Below are positions 32,052-41,451 of a stretch of 49,509 bases of DNA, one piece after another (the first letter of the stretch is position 1; each line of letters begins with the position of its first letter). Under the pieces are notes generated by a model. It saw only the letters and a list, made by a program, of their open reading frames with translations, did no database searches and had not been told where the DNA came from. The position numbers and the translations under genes were made by a program. Origin of the DNA: Methanobacteriota archaeon (lineage in GTDB: Archaea > Thermoplasmatota > Poseidoniia > Poseidoniales > Poseidoniaceae); contig JAACDL010000033.1 in NCBI GenBank assembly GCA_009936765.1, positions 1-49,509 on the forward strand, read 5' to 3'.

Positions 32052-32591
32052 ATGGCAAAGGCTAGTGATTCACAAATTGAAGATTTGAATAGTCTTCGCG
32101 AATTTGTAATCGAGGTAATGCTCGCAATGGGGGCATGGAGTGAAGAACAACTTACAAAACTCACTGCGATTGATTTAGGCGTTTTGAAACGAAATGCAAC
32201 ACAAAGGCATGGAGTCACCAGGTGGAGAAGAGGGGTTACAAAACCTAGCAAACCAGAGGAAGTAGAAGTGATCGATTTACACCCGAGACTAATTTCTGAA
32301 AAATGGAAACCATATGCTGCTTGGGTTATGCATCATGAATTTGTTCATGCACTAGGATATACTGCACATGATTCGACATTCCGCTCCCTAGAGAATCTAT
32401 GGCCTAGCCAAGAATCTTCGCAAATGGGGGCATCTTTTACTGAGATGTTGCGAGCAGAGAAAGCATCTTGGCTATGGGTTTGCAATACTTGTCAGAAGGA
32501 ATACCCTCGACAAAAGCCAGGCAAGGGCCGGTATCAATGCAGAATTTGCAGAACGGTTTTGGTAGATGTGCCCAAACCAGCGTCACAGTGA
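32052..32591 (+). CDS. SprT-like zinc metallopeptidase domain protein with C-terminal zinc ribbon
   Basis: HHEFVHALGY (HExxH), plus CNTCQKEY...YQCRICRT (a pair of CxxC motifs). The start directly abuts the upstream stop (TGA then ATG). Confidence 0.6.
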   Translation: MAKASDSQIEDLNSLREFVIEVMLAMGAWSEEQLTKLTAIDLGVLKRNATQRHGVTRWRRGVTKPSKPEEVEVIDLHPRLISEKWKPYAAWVMHHEFVHALGYTAHDSTFRSLENLWPSQESSQMGASFTEMLRAEKASWLWVCNTCQKEYPRQKPGKGRYQCRICRTVLVDVPKPASQ

Positions 32592-32617
32592 TTAGTTACT
32601 TTTGATGACAGCAATTC

Positions 32618-34636
32618 ATGCGGAGGTTAATTGCAATCATATTACTCTGCATACTTTGTAGCCCCGTTTCAATGGCAGCCATTAGTTCAAATGAAGGAGG
32701 CGGAGAATTATGGTTCTCATGCAATGACATTAATGATTGCTTGCTGACTGAATTTCAGATTGGTGAAGAGAGTATACAAGGAACTGTTAATTCAGCGACT
32801 CCTGTTACCCCTGAATCTGTTTTAATCGAACTACCAATGTCGCCTGAACAAAGTGAAATAGCACTAATTCCAGACATCATTGATGAATTACAAATTGATT
32901 TACGCTACCAAGATGATGTAATTGGAATCTCGAGACCGGACTTACAAGTTACAATAATTATCGCTCAATCGACTACTGTAATCGAATTCGAGGGAGATTC
33001 AAACCCGACTGATGGTATTTCAGGCCTATACTATGTTGAAGATGAGCCCCTGGAGAATGGAGGTGACAGATTATTATGGCCAGAAGAGAGTATCAGGGTT
33101 TTACTTCAATTTGAAGTAGAACGACCAGGAACCTGGCAACTCAATCTTAGAGGAGCATCATACATGTTCTTAGACATAATATGGTCAGAAGATGTTGAAG
33201 CTAGAAATATCGACGAACCATCATCCGATGGCAATCCAAGAGCAACCGACCTTGAGACCAATCATTATGGTGCCTTGGTTGAAGATGAGAGAGACTGTTG
33301 GAGATTTGATGTAAGTGATCATGAGGTTCTTAGAATTACTTTTGTCTGGGAGGTCGTCCCCTCAGAAATTGAACAATCTCATGGTCAACCGGATTTAATA
33401 TTGCCAGACAGAAGACTTGCACCAAGTCCTGATTTAGAAACTGAAGTTACCAATGGAGAGTCACGTATTACATGGCAATGGAGAGCGTTGCCTGCTGGAG
33501 AATACGACATGTGCATAGGCGGGAGGTTGAATGCCTTCCAACCTTACCAGTGGGCTGGAATTATCGCATTTGAAGGAATAGGCCCTACATCCCCTGAAGA
33601 ATTTGATTATTCATCATATGAGTGGGAAGGATTGGGAATGAAAGCCGATGAAATTGGTGCTGAGGAACTAGGTGCTGCATCTGGAATGATGGCACTGATA
33701 CTCTCAATTGCATTCCTAGTTGGCCTAGTTATAGAATTCAGAAAGGACACTACCTCCAAACCGATTAGGTATGGATTATTCGTCCCGGGATTACTTATTT
33801 TGCTTTTAGGAGGTGTCATTTCACCATTATGGGCGATAGGTGGAGAGGTTCAATCCTCGGACGAAATGAGTCTCGAAGAATTGATTGAAGTAAGGCTTGA
33901 TCAATTGTGGCACGCATCGCATCCAGGTACACCTGCATCTTCGAGAGCCTTACACGTTGGTGCAACATTCGGAATGTTGGATGGTGAAGATTTGTCTGTC
34001 CGACTTATAGCAGATGCTGCTTGGCCTCTTGATGATGGCAGATGGCAACTTCACATCCCTCAGATTTACGAACTAGATTTGGAGTCACTGATATTCGCAA
34101 AGGTTGCTGAAAAAGGCGCACGCCCATCAGGCGACAACAGTTTAGATTCTCATTCTCGTTCGTTTATTTTGCTTTCAGCTAGAACATTAATACTCGATTT
34201 ACTAATGCTAGAAGCCCTATTAGTTGTTGATGAGTTACCCGATTCGAATGTCATTCATCTTGATGCCGAGATGGTTAAATCGGGTTCTTCTGGAACAATT
34301 CAAGACCCTACTTGGGGAACTAGGCCTGCAGATATATCTGAAGGAAGATGGAAACTGATGCAACAAAATCTTTATCCATATCTAATATCAATCACTTTAC
34401 TAGATGGAGACAGAGATGATTTAGATTTTAGAATCCAATTTAACAATGATATAGACCATAATTTACTGTATTCAACTACCGCAGTACAACCAAACGCGCC
34501 ACTACTTGAGTCTCAACACCTTTGGATTATTGCAGGTATATCTCTTGCAGCAATTGGAATATTTGCTGAAAATAGACGCCGAAAAAATGCTAAGCATATC
34601 CTCAATCAGATGGTATCTGAAAATATGTGGAACTGA
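32618..34636 (+). CDS. Hypothetical exported/membrane protein (672 aa)
   Basis: Signal peptide MRRLIAIILLCILCSPVSMAA, a ~330-aa acidic ectodomain, two central TM segments, a second soluble region, and a C-terminal TM with a basic tail. No family recognised. Confidence 0.5.
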   Translation: MRRLIAIILLCILCSPVSMAAISSNEGGGELWFSCNDINDCLLTEFQIGEESIQGTVNSATPVTPESVLIELPMSPEQSEIALIPDIIDELQIDLRYQDDVIGISRPDLQVTIIIAQSTTVIEFEGDSNPTDGISGLYYVEDEPLENGGDRLLWPEESIRVLLQFEVERPGTWQLNLRGASYMFLDIIWSEDVEARNIDEPSSDGNPRATDLETNHYGALVEDERDCWRFDVSDHEVLRITFVWEVVPSEIEQSHGQPDLILPDRRLAPSPDLETEVTNGESRITWQWRALPAGEYDMCIGGRLNAFQPYQWAGIIAFEGIGPTSPEEFDYSSYEWEGLGMKADEIGAEELGAASGMMALILSIAFLVGLVIEFRKDTTSKPIRYGLFVPGLLILLLGGVISPLWAIGGEVQSSDEMSLEELIEVRLDQLWHASHPGTPASSRALHVGATFGMLDGEDLSVRLIADAAWPLDDGRWQLHIPQIYELDLESLIFAKVAEKGARPSGDNSLDSHSRSFILLSARTLILDLLMLEALLVVDELPDSNVIHLDAEMVKSGSSGTIQDPTWGTRPADISEGRWKLMQQNLYPYLISITLLDGDRDDLDFRIQFNNDIDHNLLYSTTAVQPNAPLLESQHLWIIAGISLAAIGIFAENRRRKNAKHILNQMVSENMWN

Positions 34637-35278
34637 TTAATCATCTAATGATTGTAGAATTTTCTCTACTTCATCTGTGATTTTACCACTATCAAGAGCC
34701 TTACCAAGTTTAGTTCTCTTGGCTTTTGAGAGGTTCTTTGCTGCTTCATCGATCATCTCTCTTTCTTCATCACTGACTTTTCCATCTGCTATAGCGGATT
34801 TAACAGCACCTCTGACAGCCATTTTAGCGGCTTCTTCATCGCTGATTCCAAGTGCTTTTTGGATAGCCTTCAGTTCAGAAAGTTCTTCATCAGTAATTAC
34901 ACCATCAGAATATGCGTTCTCGTATTCCTTTACTAGGAACTCAGTGTATGTATCTGGATTTAGAATAACATCTCTAATTAGCCCGAAATCTACCGAGCCT
35001 TGTCGTGAACCCATCTCTAGAAGTACAATCGATTTGCGTACTTCTTTTATGGCCATATCTTTCAAACCGTGAGCAACCCATACCAATCCAGAGATTGTAA
35101 CTGCGGAAGCGAACCACCTCATGACGTCAGGGTCGACTAAATTGCCTGGAGAAATTAACTGAAAAACACCAATAACAGCCATCATTGACCCACAAATGAT
35201 CTCGAACCAATCATTCAAATCGGGTTCATCATCGAAGACGGAAAGTCTCTCATCCACCATGGTGTCGTCGGGGCTCAT
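34637..35278 (-). CDS. Membrane protein with TerB-like repeats
   Basis: Two TM segments, then three D/SG-[VK]-[IV]-[TS]-DEE helical units (DGVITDEELSELKAIQKALGIS, DGKVSDEEREMIDEAAKNL, SGKITDEVEKILQSL) reminiscent of TerB/DjlA-N domains. Confidence 0.4.
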   Translation of the reverse strand: MSPDDTMVDERLSVFDDEPDLNDWFEIICGSMMAVIGVFQLISPGNLVDPDVMRWFASAVTISGLVWVAHGLKDMAIKEVRKSIVLLEMGSRQGSVDFGLIRDVILNPDTYTEFLVKEYENAYSDGVITDEELSELKAIQKALGISDEEAAKMAVRGAVKSAIADGKVSDEEREMIDEAAKNLSKAKRTKLGKALDSGKITDEVEKILQSLDD

Positions 35279-35362
35279 ATTGTATGCACATCCACGATAG
35301 ACCTTGAGGGTGTCGGCTAATCAATCGCTTACCTTTTGGACTATTGACCACCACTATGCATC

Positions 35363-37873
35363 ATGGGTGACCCGGAACGCGCTATCTCGCGACTCGGATT
35401 ACCGGATAGTTTAGTTGATTTTATTGAGAAGGATTGGGGAATTACCACCCTACACCCACCTCAAGCCGAAGCAATGCCTTCGATAATGGCAGGACGTAAT
35501 ACGATGGTTTGCATCCCAACGGCTAGTGGCAAAAGTCTGGTTGCATTCATGGGAATAATTAATCAAATTATGACCAAGGACATTGGATCAAGAGGTATTT
35601 ACATCGTACCTCTAAAAGCACTGGCTAGTGAAAAGATGGGTGAATTGAAAGAGTTAGGAGACCGGCTCGGACTCAAAATCGGGCTAGGAATAGGCGATGC
35701 ACCTAGCGAAGCAAGGCAAATTGATGATTGCGACATACTGGTGTGCACAAGCGAAAAATTAGAGTCTCTTATGAGATCTAAACCTGAGATTATGCGCAGA
35801 GTTTCAGTTGTAGTAGCGGATGAGTTCCATCTTGTTAACGACAGCCATAGGGGGCCTACTATGGAAATTAACCTTACAAGGATACGCCACCTGCTTCCTG
35901 AAGCGCAAATAATAACGCTATCAGCAACTGTAGGGAACTCTCAGGATCTTGCTGATTGGTTAGACAGCGTTCTTATTGTATCGGAATGGCGCCCGGTTAG
36001 TTTAGAATATTCAACTTTAGCAGAATTAGATTTAGAACCAAGGGCAATTCAACAAAGTGAACTAACTTCAGAAGGCAATCTCAATCCCCCAAGAACGCTC
36101 ACTGGTCCAAAAAGTCACATTGCATGGGCTGCACTCAGCGATGTTTACGAACAAGGTGGCCAATTACTTGTATTCGTTGCTACTAGGCGCTCTTCTCAAT
36201 CAGAGGCCAAGAAATTGGGCCAAAGAATGCACAAACATTTGGCAAAATTAAACCCAGAATCATTAATCCCTTTGAAGGAATTATCTGAGAGACTATCACG
36301 AACCTCTAATTCTGCCATGGGTGACATATTAGCAGAATGTGTGAAGGGTGGTGTTGCTTTCCATCATGCAGGTTTGCGACATACCCAAAGGAGCATGATA
36401 GAGAATGCATTCAAAGAACGCATTTTACATTGTCTCTGCGCAACACCGACACTTGCTGCAGGAGTAAACTTACCAGCTCGTAGAGTTCTAGTTAGAGATT
36501 TGAAAAGATATGATGATGGAATGAGCCGATTTCTCCCAGTTATGGAGGTCAGACAAATGCTTGGAAGAGCAGGAAGGCCAAGATATGACCCGCTGGGTGA
36601 AGCCTGGTTAGCCTGCAAAGGTGGCGACCCAAGAGAGGTTGCAGACGAAATTGCAGATCGATATATCCACGGCCCTGTTGAAGATATCACATCTAAATTG
36701 GCTGCTGAACCTGCTTTGAGGTTCCATCTTCTTTCTTCTATCGCAACAGGTGGTCTAAACTCTAGGCAAACTATTGGTGAATTCTTCTCAAGTACTTACC
36801 TTGGGCATTCACAAACTCATTCCTATCTGCAAGAAAATATTGACGGGATGCTCAGATGGTTAGTTGAAAAACGATTCATTAGGCGGAAAAATATTGGAAC
36901 TATAACTGAATCTTGGGATGATGAGACACCATCATGGGTTGATGCAGCACAGTCTGCATCGGGCGTAACAATTTCTGCTAAGAAATCCAAAGAACCAACT
37001 GAAGCAACATTTGGTTTCCAAAGAGCATCTAGTATAGCAGTTTCTAGTACAGTAATTTCCGATATAGAAGCATTAGACACTGAGTATGAAGCAACACCGA
37101 TGGGGGAAAGAATTGCTCAACTTTACATCGACCCTCTATCTGCAGATATCCTAATCGATGGATTACGCCGTGCTGTAAGGAGAATTGTCCGAGAAAGTTT
37201 ACCAGTAACACACTTCAGTCTCTGCCACTTAGTTGCTGCAACACCTGATTTCATATCGTTTTGGCCTAAATCCAGCGAACTTGAATTTGGAAGTACGTTG
37301 CGCCAAAAAGCAGCATTAGTTGAAGATGAATTATTGATTGAGAGCCCTATTGATGAGAGAGCAATGGGCCTTGTTAAGAGTGCATGGTGTACCGAAATGT
37401 GGTATGAAGAAGAAGACCTAAGGGACATAGAAAAGAAGATTGGAGTAACTCCAGGAGATGTTCACTCTAGAACTGATTTGATGGCTTGGTTACTCCTTGC
37501 AGGAAGAGAAGTACTTCTTCGAGACGATGTTTTCGCTGAAGAACATCTAGGACATGTTGCCCAACTGGTAGGAATGATTGAATTAACGAGATCAAGAGTA
37601 AGAGCTGGTTGTAAAGAAGATTTACTTCAACTTGTACAAGTCAAGAATGTTGGACGTAATCGTGCAAGAACATTGTCCAAAATGGGTATACGCACCCCTG
37701 CTGATTTGTTAGCAATGAGTATTACAGAACTGGATTCACTAAAATCAAAGCGAGGATGGGGTCCAAAATTAGTTGAGAAGATTATGGATTCTGTGAGAGT
37801 ACTCGCTGTATCCGGCGAACAGATAAAACCTCGAAGTGATGACGAGCCACTACCTGGCGAGCGTCATGATTGA
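35363..37873 (+). CDS. hel308: Hel308/Ski2-like DNA helicase
   Basis: LHPPQAEA (Q motif), PTASGKSLVA (Walker A), DEFH (motif II), LSATVGN (motif III), HHAGL and GRAGRP. C-terminal helix-hairpin-helix-like VKNVGRNRARTLSKMGI. Confidence 0.9.
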   Translation: MGDPERAISRLGLPDSLVDFIEKDWGITTLHPPQAEAMPSIMAGRNTMVCIPTASGKSLVAFMGIINQIMTKDIGSRGIYIVPLKALASEKMGELKELGDRLGLKIGLGIGDAPSEARQIDDCDILVCTSEKLESLMRSKPEIMRRVSVVVADEFHLVNDSHRGPTMEINLTRIRHLLPEAQIITLSATVGNSQDLADWLDSVLIVSEWRPVSLEYSTLAELDLEPRAIQQSELTSEGNLNPPRTLTGPKSHIAWAALSDVYEQGGQLLVFVATRRSSQSEAKKLGQRMHKHLAKLNPESLIPLKELSERLSRTSNSAMGDILAECVKGGVAFHHAGLRHTQRSMIENAFKERILHCLCATPTLAAGVNLPARRVLVRDLKRYDDGMSRFLPVMEVRQMLGRAGRPRYDPLGEAWLACKGGDPREVADEIADRYIHGPVEDITSKLAAEPALRFHLLSSIATGGLNSRQTIGEFFSSTYLGHSQTHSYLQENIDGMLRWLVEKRFIRRKNIGTITESWDDETPSWVDAAQSASGVTISAKKSKEPTEATFGFQRASSIAVSSTVISDIEALDTEYEATPMGERIAQLYIDPLSADILIDGLRRAVRRIVRESLPVTHFSLCHLVAATPDFISFWPKSSELEFGSTLRQKAALVEDELLIESPIDERAMGLVKSAWCTEMWYEEEDLRDIEKKIGVTPGDVHSRTDLMAWLLLAGREVLLRDDVFAEEHLGHVAQLVGMIELTRSRVRAGCKEDLLQLVQVKNVGRNRARTLSKMGIRTPADLLAMSITELDSLKSKRGWGPKLVEKIMDSVRVLAVSGEQIKPRSDDEPLPGERHD

Positions 37874-37897
37874 AACATAGTACTCTTTCCGAATGCT

Positions 37898-38386
37898 GTG
37901 AGCGCACCGGTTTTTCCTTGTAGACGTGTCACTTTACAAACACCTTGTGAAGACCCTCGCGCACTGGCAATGTCTTGGATTTCAAATCGGAAATCAGATG
38001 ATTGGGCCTTGATTAGTGGCACTGCACTAGCTAGTGATATTCATGCTTGGGCAGCATATAATGTTCTAATGAGAAACCGAGAGCGAACTAAGATGAAATC
38101 AAATTCAATCGATGGCGAATTTATCAGATTACTTTCAGGTACACATCACATTGCAACAAGTTTCAACCGTGCTGGTTTGCAAAAAGGAGACACTACCGCC
38201 TGGCTGGTAGATTTATCATGCTCCAATTTAGAATTGGAATTCGTAGAGCATGCTAACAAAATGGATTTCACATTACTGGACGATCGTCCTAACCTAGAGA
38301 TATTTGATTCCTCAAGAATGGGTATAGTTTCTCCAAAAAATGAGAATGCTGCAATTGCCCATATTCACCTTGCAGATATACGCTAG
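37898..38386 (+). CDS. cgi121: Cgi121-like KEOPS subunit (tentative)
   Basis: EFIRLLSGTHHIATSFNRAGLQKGDTTAWLV resembles the Cgi121 block (E+L+..SG.+QI.+A+...G...G.....L+). The size fits. GTG start at 37898; alternative ATG at 37970. TAG stop, followed by TAA two codons later. Confidence 0.45.
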   Translation: MSAPVFPCRRVTLQTPCEDPRALAMSWISNRKSDDWALISGTALASDIHAWAAYNVLMRNRERTKMKSNSIDGEFIRLLSGTHHIATSFNRAGLQKGDTTAWLVDLSCSNLELEFVEHANKMDFTLLDDRPNLEIFDSSRMGIVSPKNENAAIAHIHLADIR

Positions 38387-38427
38387 AGTTCGTAAGTGTC
38401 AAATGGCCCCTCCTACACCACCTGTTT

Positions 38428-39867
38428 ATGGTAGTCACTAGCCGACAAGCAGAATCCCATTTCTCAAACGGTAGAATCTTGGATGAGGACAAGATAACTA
38501 AGGCCTTGGATATGGCAACTAGCCTAGGTGCAGACTATGCTGAAATTAGGCTAGTCAGCGAGACCACAAACACCGCATCACTCAAAGATGGCAAACTCGA
38601 GAGAGCAATTCCTGGCCAAGAAGTTGGAGTAACGATGAGAATTCTGGCAGATGGGGCATGGGGGGTACATTCTACAAGTGATGTGGAATCAATTGTACAA
38701 CAAGTAGATTCAACTTTCAGATTAGCCAAAGCGGTTGCTGCAAGGCGTTCACCATCACAAACAATCGTTGAACTTGCAGAAGTTCCTATTATCGAAGATG
38801 AGATACATTGGAAAAGTCAAAAAGATATTCGAGAAACCGACCTGGATAAAAGAATCGAAATGATGTTGGCGATTGATAATGAAGCCAAGGATGATGATAA
38901 AATCGTTTCAACTGCAACCGGTTGGTCTGATGAACATATTCACACTGAACTGATGACTAGTGAAGGAATGAACCGTATTTGGTCATTCCAAAGAAGCTTG
39001 ATCAATGGAATGGTAACAGCCCGAGATGGCGACGACGTAGTGTCCTATAGAATGAGGCATGGCGGAGAAGGTGGTCTTGAGTTAATCGAGGCGTGCGACC
39101 TTGGAGAAATGGGTAGAAATGCTAAAATTTCAGCCCTTAGGTTACTCACTGCTGAGAGAGCACCTTCAGGAAGAATGCCATTAGTTGCAGATAGAGACCT
39201 CACAGGCGTATACATTCACGAAGCATTGGGACACCCATGTGAAGCAGACTTAGTTGCGGCAGGAGATTCATGTCTTGAAGGAAGGCTTGGAGAAACCATT
39301 GGTTCTGAGATTTGTACCGTTATCGATGACCCTACAATTAGAGGAGGATATGGCTGCTACCCTATCGATGATGAAGGAGTAGACCCTAGACCCAAAAACC
39401 TCATCGTAAATGGAGTCCTAACCGAATACCTAAATCACCGTGAAACTGCACACAGGTTTGACCTTCAACCAAATGGTGGAGCAAGAGCGCAAGATGGCCT
39501 CCATCATCCGCTGGTAAGGATGTCTAACACCATCATACAAGGTGGAAATCATAGAGATCTGGATGAATTGATCGAAGATATTGACTTTGGAATATACGCT
39601 TGTGGAAGTAGAGGCGGACAAGTTGACACTGGTAGAGGTTCCTTCCAATTCGCTGCTCAAGAAGCCTGGATTATTGAAAATGGATCATTATCTAGGCCAG
39701 TAAAGGATGTTAGTGTATCTGGAATGACTCTTCAAATCCTAAAGGATGTTGATGGCTTGACAAAAGACTCTCGCCTTGCAGCACCCGGGTTTTGTGGTAA
39801 AGGGCAAACTGTTCCTGTCGGAGATGGCGGCCCAATTATGCGCATAAGAGAAGCATTGGTGGGATGA
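38428..39867 (+). CDS. tldD: TldD-family metalloprotease
   Basis: GADYAEIRL near the N-terminus, HEALGHPCEAD (HExxxH of TldD), and the C-terminal GSFQF...G.L..PVKD pattern. Confidence 0.85.
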   Translation: MVVTSRQAESHFSNGRILDEDKITKALDMATSLGADYAEIRLVSETTNTASLKDGKLERAIPGQEVGVTMRILADGAWGVHSTSDVESIVQQVDSTFRLAKAVAARRSPSQTIVELAEVPIIEDEIHWKSQKDIRETDLDKRIEMMLAIDNEAKDDDKIVSTATGWSDEHIHTELMTSEGMNRIWSFQRSLINGMVTARDGDDVVSYRMRHGGEGGLELIEACDLGEMGRNAKISALRLLTAERAPSGRMPLVADRDLTGVYIHEALGHPCEADLVAAGDSCLEGRLGETIGSEICTVIDDPTIRGGYGCYPIDDEGVDPRPKNLIVNGVLTEYLNHRETAHRFDLQPNGGARAQDGLHHPLVRMSNTIIQGGNHRDLDELIEDIDFGIYACGSRGGQVDTGRGSFQFAAQEAWIIENGSLSRPVKDVSVSGMTLQILKDVDGLTKDSRLAAPGFCGKGQTVPVGDGGPIMRIREALVG

Positions 39868-41270
39868 ACATGATTCCTGATGATGCTGTTGAGAGACTTA
39901 TGGAGTCCGCACTACTGATTGGTGCTGAATGTGAAAAAGCAAATATCCAGCAATGGGAAATTTACGCTAACCAAGGATACGGGCACTCGATGGAAATTGA
40001 GGCAGGTAGAATATCGATGGCATCCGGTGGAGGAGAAGGCGGATTTGGAATTAGAGTCGTTGAAAATGGACGTTATGGATACGCACATTTGGTAGATACT
40101 AGTTCTTCCAAAAGAGCGATTGAGCAAGCACTTAGCATTGCTAACCGCTCTCCATCAATCGAAGGATTTGAGCTACCGGGCAATCAGTCTGCATCCAATG
40201 TAGGTGGAATGAAAGACAAAGCGATTCTCGATATGACTCCAGAAGATCTTTTGGAACAAGGTGACCAAGTGCTTACTAGGGTCTCAGAACTTGATTCAAG
40301 GGCTGTAGCAGTAGGTGGAGGTATCGGAGTAGGGGCAGGCGCTGGAGCAATTGTTACTAGCAATGGAATCGAATATGGAGGAGTATACACATCTCATGGC
40401 ATAGGAATTCATGTCTCGATAGATGAGGACGAACAGCTGACTTCTTCTTACGAAGGAGAATCTTCGCGTAAACTTCTATCCGATGTCACGTCAAGTGTCG
40501 ATAAAGCGGTTCACTGGTCACAAATTACTCGAGAAAAAATCCCTGGTGGTGAAACAGAGGATTGCCCCGTGCTGATGACATCAGACGGCTTTTCACCTCT
40601 TTTCTCAGTAGTTGTCCCTTCCGCTGTAAAAGGAGAACGATTAGCACGTGGCGAATCTTTCTGGTCTGGGAAAATGAATCAGATGGTAATTGCAGATCAC
40701 CTGTCTCTTACCGATGATGGATTGATGGAAGGAGGTATGTCTTCCGGTTCTAGAGACGATGAAGGAGTACCATGTCGCACTCAGAAGATAGTAGAATCCG
40801 GTCGTCTAACTGGAGAATTATGGTCCACCAGAGACGCCGCAAAATCAGTTGCTGAAGGCAAGGTAGACTCTGCTGAATCAACAGGTTCTGCATCTAGAGG
40901 CGGACACACTTCGCCTCCATTGTGCGGATGCAATGATTTGATTCTTTCATCATCAGCAAAATCTCATGATAGAGACCGACTGATTGAAGAGATGGATAAC
41001 GGATATATCGTTCACAGTGTAATGGGTGCACATACAGCAAACCCAACCAGTGGTGACTTTTCAGTAACAACCTCAACAATATTGAGAGTTGAGGGAGGAA
41101 CTGTCATCGGCGCTATTTCGCAAGCTGGTTTGTCAGGCAACATGGCTAAGGCTCTGAACGGCAGAGTAGTTCTAGGAGATTCATCAAAACGCAAGGGTTC
41201 TTACAGTACCGGCTCGATGCATGTCCCAGATGTTCTACTAATGGACGGACTGAGGATAAATCCTGCTTGA
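39864..41270 (+). CDS. pmbA: PmbA/TldE-family partner of TldD
   Basis: Same fold family but without HExxxH. GDFSVTTS...GG.VIG.I block. The start overlaps the tldD stop (ATGA at 39864-39867). Confidence 0.8.
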   Translation: MNMIPDDAVERLMESALLIGAECEKANIQQWEIYANQGYGHSMEIEAGRISMASGGGEGGFGIRVVENGRYGYAHLVDTSSSKRAIEQALSIANRSPSIEGFELPGNQSASNVGGMKDKAILDMTPEDLLEQGDQVLTRVSELDSRAVAVGGGIGVGAGAGAIVTSNGIEYGGVYTSHGIGIHVSIDEDEQLTSSYEGESSRKLLSDVTSSVDKAVHWSQITREKIPGGETEDCPVLMTSDGFSPLFSVVVPSAVKGERLARGESFWSGKMNQMVIADHLSLTDDGLMEGGMSSGSRDDEGVPCRTQKIVESGRLTGELWSTRDAAKSVAEGKVDSAESTGSASRGGHTSPPLCGCNDLILSSSAKSHDRDRLIEEMDNGYIVHSVMGAHTANPTSGDFSVTTSTILRVEGGTVIGAISQAGLSGNMAKALNGRVVLGDSSKRKGSYSTGSMHVPDVLLMDGLRINPA

Positions 41271-41282
41271 ACTGTTTAGTTT

Positions 41283-41301
41283 CAGTTTCTTTGCGAAACT
41301 G
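41283..41301 (+). terminator. Hairpin CAGTTTC-tttgc-GAAACTG within a T-rich tract just after pmbA
   Basis: Perfect 7-bp inverted repeat inside gtttagtttcagtttctttgc (three TTT runs), 13 nt after the pmbA stop. Archaeal terminators are typically oligo-T. Calling it a terminator is an inference. Confidence 0.35.
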
Positions 41302-41451
41302 GCAGACATCTTCATGAACCGTCTCCAACGAACATCTAACTCCACGGAGGTGAAAGGGAGTGTCAGAAGAACTCAACCAGCAAGCACGAAAGCCCGAACA
41401 CCCGTCCTACGACGGGCCTGAAAATGAAATTGGACCGTCGAGGTGTTCATA

